64,000 nt of DNA from assembly GCA_009914755.4 (NCBI GenBank), contig CP068257.2:18272001-18336000 (forward strand). The letters run 5' to 3'. Made by a program: the position numbers and the translations under genes. Numbering within the stretch: the first letter of the stretch is position 1; the number at the start of each line of letters is the position of its first letter. Source of the DNA: the human T2T-CHM13v2.0 reference genome, Homo sapiens. The notes below the pieces were generated by a model. That model searched no databases and was not told where the DNA came from. It was given only the letters and a program-made list of their open reading frames with translations. Of the stretch, positions 56,228 through 64,000 are shown piece by piece.

Positions 56228-56710
56228 TCTTGAATTGTCTGACTGTTATGGGTTGAATTGTGTTCCTCAAAAATTCATGTGTTGAGTTCCTAGCACCCAG
56301 AACCTCAGAAAGTGACTTTCTTTGAAAGTAAGGTCATTGCAGATGTAGTTAGGTAAAATGAGGTCATACTGAAGTAGGGTGGGCTCTAATATAATATACT
56401 TGATGCTTTTATTGAAAGGGAAAATTTAATTTCTGATACACAGACACATAGCGAGAATACCATGTGAAGATTAAAGAAGACATTGAGATGCCTTAGCAGA
56501 AGTCAACAAATGCCAAACATTGCCAGCCCACCACCGGTAGCTAGGAAAAAGACATGAAACTGATTTTTTTCCTCATAGCCTTTAGAAGGAACAACCTTGT
56601 GACACATTGATCTTGGATTTCTAACCTCCAAAACTGTGAGACAATACATTTCTGTTGTTTAAGCCACTCTGTGGTTATTTGTTGCAGTTGTAGCAAACTG
56701 GTGGACTGTC
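56228..56710 (+). repeat. Ancient MER/LTR-type repeat, family B (consensus-like gggttgaattgtgtcccc..aaaa..atgttgaagtcctaaccc.. ..ctccagaactgtgagaaaataaatttctgttgtttaagccac)
   Basis: tgggttgaattgtgttcctcaaaaattcatgtgttgagttcctagcacccagaacctcagaaagtgactttctttgaaagtaaggtcattgcagatgtagttaggtaaaatgaggtcatactgaagtagggtgggctctaatataatatac...cttggatttctaacctccaaaactgtgagacaatacatttctgttgtttaagccactctgtggttatttgttgcag. Name recalled only generically. Confidence 0.6.
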
Positions 56711-58926
56711 GTTTATTGATTTGTAAGAATATTGTATATATTCTGGATATGAGTTATTTGTCAGTAATATAAACTGTAAATTAGTCTGTGATTTGTCTAT
56801 TCATTCTTTTAATGGTGCCTTTTGATGAATAAAAGTCATTAAGATTAATGTAGGTTAAACGTTCATATTTTACTACATGGCTTATATATTTTTGTCCTGC
56901 CTAAAAAATATTTGCTCACTCCTAGATCATAAAGATCGAAATATATTTTCTTCTAGAAAATAGTATTTGTCTTTTATATTTAAGTCTACAATGCACTGAG
57001 AATTGAGTTTTGTAAATACAATGATGTAAGAGTCACGATTTATATTTTTGGTATTTAATTGGCTCAGTATCAAAAATAAATTCTTCCCCATTTCAATATA
57101 TATCACATTTTTATGTGACTCCGTAAGTCACATAAAAGACTCCATAAGCCTTTTTCTGGCATTTTATCATATTCTTCTTGTCTAGGTGTCTATTTCTGAG
57201 TTAATTGTATATTATCATATTTATTATATATGTATATTTTATAATTATATCTGAAAATAAAAGTTCTTCAGCTTCTTTAATACTTCTGCAAGATTTCTCA
57301 AACTATTATTGGCTCTATTTTTCATATAAGTTTCAAAAACAACTTATCAAGTTTTGCCAAGAAACCTGCTGGGATTTTTGTTGGAGTTGCATCAAATCAA
57401 TATATTAATTAGGAGAGATTACATGTTCACAATACTGACTTTTCCCAACCTTGAACCTTGAATAGTGTACTTGTTTAGAGAGTCTTTAACTGACAGTTTT
57501 TACATTTTGTAGTTCGTATTGGAAGGTTATTGCTCGTCTTCTGTTAGATATGTTACTATGTATTTTATCTTTCTAATGCTATTGGAAACATTTCATTTTT
57601 ATCTTCTATTTTCTATGTTTTTCCTTATAGTGAGAATTACATTGAATTTTTGCCCTTGCTAAATTTCCTTACTAATTATTATGTATCTATAATTTTGAAA
57701 AATCCTATATATGCTATATGTAGAAGGAGCAGTTTTATTTATTGCCTTCCAATCCTAATGCCACTGTCTTTTTAAAAATGTCTTTTATTATCACACGATG
57801 ACTTCCAGTACCATGTTGATAGACCACAAAATAGTTTTCAAAATCCATAAAATTTTCTCAGATTAAAAATGCATGTAAAATTTTTTTAGTAAACATTCTG
57901 TCATTTGCTTTCATTCACAGTGCAGTCATTTAAAATAGTATACCTAGTAACCTTGGCTCTTCACTCCCCAATCATTCTGCAACTGAACACATACTGACTT
58001 CCTCTATCCTATTTCAGTGACACTATAAATGCTACCTGCCACTCTCTAATTTGCACTCTATTGTATAATTTTCATTTCAATTCTGTATTGTATCTGTAAT
58101 CCTTTTGGAAGTTTTTGTTTATTGCCTTGTATGAAGCCACTCATAGTGTTTTTTGACATTAGTTTTTATAACAGGAGTTTTGGAGTCAGGAAAGGCTTAT
58201 ATTTGTGTCTATAAGGAGTTTCTTATTTAACCCTTTCAAATTCTCTAATTCTTTAATACTTTTATCTTCTAATATATACTTACAAGACTTTTGTAGGAAA
58301 GAAATACATGTAAAGTGCCTAGTACATGGCCAGGCACATGACAAAGGGACAATAAATTATAGTTCTTTGGCATATCTATGTCTATCCTTGTGCTCCTCAA
58401 AATTAGGTTTTCCTGCAGGTTTTCTTTTAGAAATTTGTTCTTCTCATTCTAATCGCCTATCTTGAGTAATATCTTATTGTTGCCTTTTAAAATTCAGCTT
58501 AAGCTTTATCCCCTTTATTCTTCCTGAGCAAATCTAACATATTTTCTTCTGTCATGTTTTCATAGTATTCTCACTTATCACTTGCTATGCTTTACATTCT
58601 AATAACATATGCTTATTTCCTCAAACTTGAATGCGAGTTTTTTATTTGAAAGAAAAATTGTGTTTCATTTCTATAATGAAAATCTTGAGACTTGAGCTTT
58701 CATAAAGTCATTTAATCTTCCATTTGCAGATACATTTTTTTCAGAGTATCACTAATATATGTGGCTGCTTAAATTCATTGCAAGGATTTTATTATTATCA
58801 TTCAGGTAAATTATATGATGAAAGTATATTGGGGGTAAGATAATTATCCAGAAAAGTATAAAGGCAGAATAATATACACACATTAATATAGGCTTACCAT
58901 TTATGTCCTATTTCCTACTCCATTCT

Positions 58927-58980
58927 CCCTTCCTTCCTTCCTTCCTTCCTTCCTTCCTTTCTTTCTCTTTCCTTCTTTTC
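58927..58980. repeat. (TTCC)n microsatellite, located between the TSD and the body of the adjacent minus-strand Alu (i.e. derived from its A-tail; (GGAA)n on the Alu strand)
   Basis: ccttccttccttccttccttccttccttcctttctttctctttccttcttttc followed by t20. Confidence 0.9.
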
Positions 58981-59282
58981 TTTTTTTTTTTTTTTTTCTG
59001 AGACAGAGCCTTGCTCTGTTGCCCAGGCTGGAGTACGGTGGTCCAATCTAGGCTCACTGCAAGCTCTGCCTCCCAGATTCAAGCAATTCTCCCTTCCTCA
59101 GCCTCCTCAGTAGCTGGAATTACAGGCTCCCGCCACCACACCTGGCTAATTTTTCTATTTTTAGTAGAGAAGGGGTTTCGCCACATTGGCCGGGCTGGTC
59201 TCAAACTCCTGACCTCAGGTGATCCATCCACCTTGGCTTCCCAAAGTGCTGGTATTACAGGCATGATCCACTGCACCCGGCC
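58978..59282 (-). mobile_element. AluS-like SINE, minus strand
   Basis: t20 ctgagacagagccttgctctgttgcccaggctggagtacggtggtccaatctaggctcactgcaagctctgcctcccagattcaagcaattctcccttcctcagcctcctcagtagctggaattacaggctcccgccaccacacctggctaatttttctatttttagtagagaaggggtttcgccacattggccgggctggtctcaaactcctgacctcaggtgatccatccaccttggcttcccaaagtgctggtattacaggcatgatccactgcacccggcc. TSD ctccattctcc at 58919-58929 and 59283-59293. Confidence 0.92.
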
Positions 59283-59431
59283 TCCATTCTCCATTTCTAA
59301 CCAGATTCTTTCCAAATTTGATTTTTCAAACAATGCCACATTGAATTTGTGCCTCCTTATAGAATACTTGATAGGGGTAGGAAATGAGCACTTCAAATTT
59401 TACCAATTTTACCATTTTATCAAGCGATTCT

Positions 59432-59627
59432 CCTGCCTCAGCCTCCCGAGTAGCTGGGATTACAGGTGTGCACCAGCACACCGGGCTAATTTTGTATTTT
59501 TAATAGAGACGGGGTTTCTCCATGTCGGTCAGGGTGATCTCCAACTCCCGACTTCAGGTGATCCACCCGCCTTGGCCTCCCAAAGTGCTGGGATTACAGG
59601 CATGAGCCACCGCCCCCAGCCGTCATT
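59432..59627 (-). mobile_element. Partial Alu (about 195 bp, corresponding to the Alu 5' two-thirds), minus strand
   Basis: gattctcctgcctcagcctcccgagtagctgggattacaggtgtgcaccagcacaccgggctaattttgtatttttaatagagacggggtttctccatgtcggtcagggtgatctccaactcccgacttcaggtgatccacccgccttggcctcccaaagtgctgggattacaggcatgagccaccgcccccagcc. ORF 59011-59661 (216 aa) is stitched from this and the preceding Alu and is not a gene. Confidence 0.88.
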
Positions 59628-59689
59628 TGTTATATGTAAATATCTGTTTCCAGTTTTTTAAAATTTTTTTAACATTAATTATTATTCTG

Positions 59690-61390
59690 GTTCATTTTTA
59701 ATTGTTGTGGGTACATAGTAGGTGCATATATTTATGTAGTGCATGCCATATTTTGATACCGGTATAAAATAGATAATAATCACCGCAGGGTAAATGGGGT
59801 ATCCATTGCCTCGAGCATTTATTTTTTCTTTGTGTTACAAAAAACTCTAATTATACTCTTTTATTTTAGAATGCACAATAAATTATTGTTGACTGTAGTT
59901 ACCTTGTTATGCTATCAAATCTAGATCTCATTCATTCTATCTAACTATATTTTTGTACCCATTTACTGTTCCCACTCTCGTGCAGCTCTCCTCTACCCTT
60001 CGCTACTCTTCCCCAGCCTCTGGTAACCATCATTCTACTCTCTGACTCCACGAGTTCAATTGTTTTAAATTTTAGCTCCTACAAATAGGTAAGAACATGT
60101 GAAGTTTGTCTTTCTGTGACTGGCTTATTCCACTTAACATAATTTGCAGTTCCATCCGTGTTGTTGCACATGACAGGATCTCATCTTTTTATTATTATGG
60201 CTGAATAGTACTCCATTGTGTGTACGATCACATTTTCTTTATCTATTCATCTGTTGATGGACACTTAGCTTGCCTCCAAATCTTAGCTATTGTGAATGGT
60301 GCTGCGGTAAACATGGAAATGAAGATATCTGTTTGATATACTGATTTTCTTCCCTTGGGACATATACTTAGCAGTGGGATTCTACATCATATGGTAGTTA
60401 TATTTTTATTTTTTTGATGAACCACCACATTCTTCTTCACAGTGGTTGTACTAACTTACATTCTCATCAACAGTGTATGAGGGTTTCTTTTTCTCCATAT
60501 CCTCACCAGCATTTGTAAATGCCTGTCTTTCGAGTAAAAGCCATTTTAACTGGAATAAGATGATATCTCATTGGAGTTTTGGTTTTTGTTTATTTCTTTG
60601 TTTTGAGACAGGGTTTCACTCTGTAGGGCAGGTTGGAGCATAGTGGAACAATCATGGGCTCCCTTGCAGCCTTGATTTCCTGGGTTCAGATGATTCTCCC
60701 ACTTCAGCCCCACAAGTATCTGGGACTACAGGTGCACACCATCATGCCCCACTAATTATTGTTTTTTTTTTTTTTTTTTTTGTAGAGACAGGGTTTCACC
60801 ATGTTGCTCAGACTGGTCTTGAACTGTTGAGCTCAAGCAATCCACCTGCTTCAGTCTCCCAAAGTGCTGGGATTACAAGTGTGGGCCAGCACATCCAGCC
60901 TCATCGTAGTTTTGATTTGCGTTTCTCTGATGATCAGTGATGTTGAGCACCTTTTCATACACTGTTTGCCATTTGCATGTCTTCTTTTGAGAAATGTATA
61001 TTGATGAAACTAGACCCCTTTCTCTCGCCATATACAAAAACCAAATAAAAATGGAATAAGACTTAAATCTAAAACCTCAAACTATAAAATTACTAAAAGA
61101 AAACTTTAGGGAAACTCTCCAAGGTATTAGAGTGGGCAAATATTTTTCAAATAATATTCCACAAGCACAGGAAATACAAAAATGGACAAATGAGATCACA
61201 TCAAGTTAAAAAGCTACACAGCAAAGGAAATAATCAACAAAGTTAACAGACAACAAACAGAATGGGAGAAAATATTTGCAGACTATTCATCTGACAAGGG
61301 ATTAATACCCAGAATACAAAGGAAGCTAAAATTACTCAATATTAAAAAAATCTAATAATTTGATTAATAAATGGTCAAAAGATTATTGAG
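59690..61390 (-). mobile_element. L1M (L1MB/L1MC-like) 5'-truncated element on minus strand with twin-priming 5' inversion: 59690-60995 direct (antisense on +; 3'UTR and ORF2 aa ~1125-end), 61003-61390 inverted (sense on +; ORF2 aa ~940-1122); carries an AluJ insertion
   Basis: 3'UTR antisense taattattattctggttcatttttaattgttgtgggtacatagtaggtgcatatatttatgtagtgcatgccatattttgataccggtataaaatagataataatcaccgcagggtaaatggggtatccattgcctcgagcatttattttttctttgtgttacaaaaaactctaattatactcttttattttagaatgcacaataaattattgttgactgtagttaccttgttatgctatcaaatctagatctcattcattctatctaactatatttttgtaccc...ctccattgtgtgtacgatcacattttctttatctattcatctgttgatggacacttagcttgcctccaaatcttagctattgtgaatggtgctgcggtaaacatgg. Sense piece translates to ..[47 protein letters not shown] compared with L1 ORF2 [48 protein letters not shown]. 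Confidence 0.8.
60586..60900 (-). mobile_element. AluJ-like SINE (old, CpG-decayed), minus strand, inserted into the L1M above
   Basis: ttgtttatttctttgttttgagacagggtttcactctgtagggcaggttggagcatagtggaacaatcatgggctcccttgcagccttgatttcctgggttcagatgattctcccacttcagccccacaagtatctgggactacaggtgcacaccatcatgccccactaattattgttttttttttttttttttgtagagacagggtttcaccatgttgctcagactggtcttgaactgttgagctcaagcaatccacctgcttcagtctcccaaagtgctgggattacaagtgtgggccagcacatccagcc. Flanking L1M sequence ..ctcattggagttttggttt / catcgtagttttgatttgcgtttctctgatgatcagtgatgttgagcacc is continuous (decayed TSD ~agttttgRttt). Confidence 0.88.
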
Positions 61391-62249
61391 CTTTTGACAT
61401 CACAGGTTTTAAAATTTTAAGAGTCAAATCTAATATTCAAAAACATTTAACAAATTTATCCATTAAGTTTTGAAAACTTTTTGTAGCTTCATATATGAAT
61501 ATATTCATCGAATTAAATGTTTCCTTTCATATTTTAAAACATACTAATTATTTGTTATTGTTGATTCATTGAAATGCTACTACTTTTATATTTTGATACA
61601 ATTACTCTGCTAAATACATCTTAGTTTAAAGATTGATTTTCTTTTAGTTTCTGCATCATTATGAGATTTATATTAAAACTTTACCATTTTCTTTTCATTT
61701 TCTACTTTCTGTTACTCAATTGTTTTGTCGTATTTCTTCAGGTAAGACTTCCAGTATCCTGTAGATTATTAGTTACATTAGTGGGCAAGCTAGCACTTTG
61801 CGTATAGTAGGAAAATGACTGCATTTCCCTTCTTTAAGGATGATTTTGCTTGGATTTTTGAGAAGTTTATCAAGCTGCTATAATCTATCACATTTGGTAC
61901 GTTTTTCTTAGATGCGTTTTCTGGATCTACTGAGAGTTTTTCTTTTTTTTTTCCTATAATCAATTAATGTGGAGATTTTAAATGATAACTTAAAAATATT
62001 AACCTATTTTGCATTCCTAGGGTAAATTGTACTAGTGTAAGCTTTAAATTTTTATTTTGTAAATAATACATAGTTTTCTATATAACAAATAAGACTATCT
62101 CTATCCCGTCTATTTCCCTAAAATTAGATTTTAATAATATGTGGAACATGTACATTGTCAGGGGAAAAGTTTAGACTATAGATTTGGTTTTTGAAAGGCT
62201 ATTTTTTTGTTGGAATTTTTTTTTATTATTCATAAATCACTCTTATACT

Positions 62250-62800
62250 CTTAATAATTGTATTAGTTTGCTGCAGCTGCATAACAAATTACCAGAAACT
62301 TACTAGGTTAAAACATCACACATTTTCTTATCTTACAGCTTCCATCAACCAGGAGTCTGTATATGCTTTACCTGGTTCCTCTGCTCAGGGTGTCCAAAGG
62401 CTGTGGTCAAGGTATGTGCGGAGGCATATTGTCAAAAGAGGTCTAACTGGGGGAAGTTAAGCTTTCAGGTTTCTTGGGTTGGTGGCAAAATTCACTTTCT
62501 TATTGGTGAATAACTTACGGCAGCTTGCTTTTTCAATGCAACTGTAGGATAGAGGATCTTTCACCTTAGGAGGGCTGCAATCCCTCTTTTAAGAACTTTA
62601 ACCTGTTTGAATTGGACCCATCCAATATAATCTCCTCTTGATTAACTCAGAATCCACTGATTTGGGACTTTGGTTACATTTGCAACATTCTCTTGCCTTT
62701 GCCCTATTCTGCTAGCTAGAAGTGACTGCTTCTACTTGACATCAGGGGAGAAGACTTTTCAAAGGTGTGGCTCATTAGGGTATATCCACCACAAAATGTG
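62250..62800 (+). repeat. Ancient LTR/MER-type repeat, family A variant (gtattagtttgctgcagctgcataacaaattaccagaaacttactaggttaaaacatcac...)
   Basis: Starts gtattagtttgctgcagctgcataacaaattaccagaaacttactaggttaaaacatcacacattttcttatcttacagcttccatcaaccaggagtctgtatatgctttacctggttcctctgctcagggtgtccaaaggctgtggtcaaggt.. and ends ..ttttcaaaggtgtggctcattagggtatatccaccacaaaatgtgcc. Collinear with the consensus recalled for this widespread family (gtattagtttgctagggctgccataacaaagtaccacaaactgggtggcttaaaacaacagaaat...ttataaggacac..tcattggatttagggcccaccc). Confidence 0.6.
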
Positions 62801-63092
62801 CCTTTATAAAAATGATTTGTGTAGGATATGTGCATAAGTGTCTCATTTTAATATTTCTAATACAATATATTTAAATATTTTTTCTTTGTTTCTCATCCAT
62901 CTTGCTGCGGTTGATCCATTTTATTAAAAGTTGAAAGACATAGATTATTGCTTTCATTGATATTTGACAGTTTTTACAAGAAAATCATTATATAATTATG
63001 AGAGTGCATCATTTTCCTACTCATATAAAAACAACAGTTTCCTTTGGGACTTAGAAATTACAGATGAGAGATCGGATCTTTTTTAAAAAATA

Positions 63093-64000
63093 GAATTTAT
63101 TTTTTTAGAACACTTTAAGTTTCACAGCAAAACTGGGTGGAAAATACAGATAATTCCTATATAAGACTTGCTCCTTCACATTCACAAACTTCATCATCTA
63201 CATTCAGCACAACAGGAGTGAATTTGTTACTGTTGATCAACCTACATTAACACATCATTATCATACATAGTCCATCATTTACACTAGTGTTTACTCTTGG
63301 TGTTGCATAGTCAATGTTTTTTTTTCATCAAATGTATAATGATGAGTATGCACCGCTGTAGAACCATACAGAGTAGTTGCACTGTCCTAAAATCCTCTCT
63401 GCTCTGCCTGTTCACGGCTCCTCTTTTCCCCTGAAACCACTGAGTTTCTTACTGTCTCCACAGTTTTTCCTTTTCTAGATTGTCATATCATTTGAATCAT
63501 ACAGCATGTAGCCTTTTCTGATTGCGTTATTTCACTTAGTAATTTGCATTAAAGATTCCTCCATATCTCTGCATGGCTTGTTAGCTCGTTTCTTTTTAGT
63601 GCTGAAAAATAATCCATTGTCTGGGTGTGCCAGTTTATTTGTAGCAGTTTGTTCAGCTACCAAAGGAATCTTAGTTGCCTCCAAGTTTCAACAATTATGA
63701 AAAAGTGTTCATAAATGTCCCTATGGAGGTTTATGTGTGAGCATAGTTTTTAACTCATTTGAGTAAATACTAAGTAGAGCTATTGCTAGATTGTATTGGT
63801 AAGATTGTGTCTAATTTTGTAAACTGCCAAATTATACAAATTATTCTCCAAACTTTCTATAGCATTTTTCATTTCCACCAGCAATGAATGAGAGTTCCTA
63901 TTACTCTGCATCCTCATCAGCATTTGGTATTGTGTTCTGGATTTTGGCCATTCTAATAGGCATAAAATGATATCTGATGGTTGTTTTACTTTGCCATACT
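63093..64000 (-). mobile_element. L1M 3' end (3'UTR and ORF2 C-terminus), antisense on + strand, continues past the window end
   Basis: ttttttagaacactttaagtttcacagcaaaactgggtggaaaatacagataattcctatataagacttgctccttcacattcacaaacttcatcatctacattcagcacaacaggagtgaatttgttactgttgatcaacctacattaacacatcattatcatacatagtccatcatttacactagtgtttactcttggtgttgcatagtc... ccattgtctgggtgtgccagtttatttgtagcagtttgttcagctaccaaaggaatcttagttgcctccaagtttcaacaattatgaaaaagtg... ccaccagcaatgaatgagagttcctattactctgcatcctcatcagcatttggtattgtgttctggattttggccattctaataggcataaaatgatatctgatggttgttttactttgc matches the L1M 3' antisense consensus (tttagaacactttaagtttcacagcaaaattgagcagaaagtacagagatttcc..). Confidence 0.8.

Noticed and set aside
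59011-59661. 216-aa + strand ORF, the second longest in the window outside L1
   Set aside because: It is stitched from two minus-strand Alu copies (58978-59282 and 59432-59627) plus 150 bp between them. The peptide is Alu-type low-information sequence, with no start context and no splice signals, and is not a gene.

Overview
This window is primate (almost certainly human) nuclear DNA, not a prokaryotic locus. It is AT-rich (about 63-65% AT by eye), CpG-depleted outside young Alus, and at least ~45% of it is recognisable interspersed repeat. I find no convincing protein-coding exon, no rRNA/tRNA gene, no CpG island, no CRISPR array, and no evidence of a novel biological system. Every ORF over 100 aa in the six-frame track lies inside an L1 or Alu copy. 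The region looks like gene-poor intergenic or deep-intronic sequence dominated by LINE-1 fragments. There is no ab initio promoter or terminator I can defend.

Main contents:
- About 12 Alu copies, from AluJ-like to very young AluY.
- At least 9 L1 copies. These include a near-full-length ancient L1 (about 7.2 kb, L1M/L1PB-like) on the minus strand that carries a nested, much younger 3.06-kb L1PA insertion retaining a 605-aa open ORF2 segment.
- A MaLR THE1/MST solo LTR nested in another old L1.
- Several ancient MER/LTR-type repeats, a possible L2 fragment, and many microsatellites.

The observations worth a second look are retrotransposition footprints:
- Four independent L1 insertions all show the 5'-inversion (twin-priming) structure, with inverted and direct segments adjacent in L1 coordinates.
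- One 12-13 nt target site was used twice, by an Alu and then an L1, leaving a triplicated target-site duplication.
- Several nested insertions have intact TSDs.
- A (TTCC)n microsatellite was born from an Alu tail.
- An Alu has a GA-rich expanded linker.
- Very young, CpG-rich AluY copies with long pure poly-A tails are candidates for presence/absence or tail-length polymorphism.

Subfamily names (L1PA vs L1PB, THE1 vs MST, the MER-type families, L2) are recalled from memory of consensus sequences and carry real uncertainty. Coordinates of repeat boundaries are good to roughly +/-10 bp.
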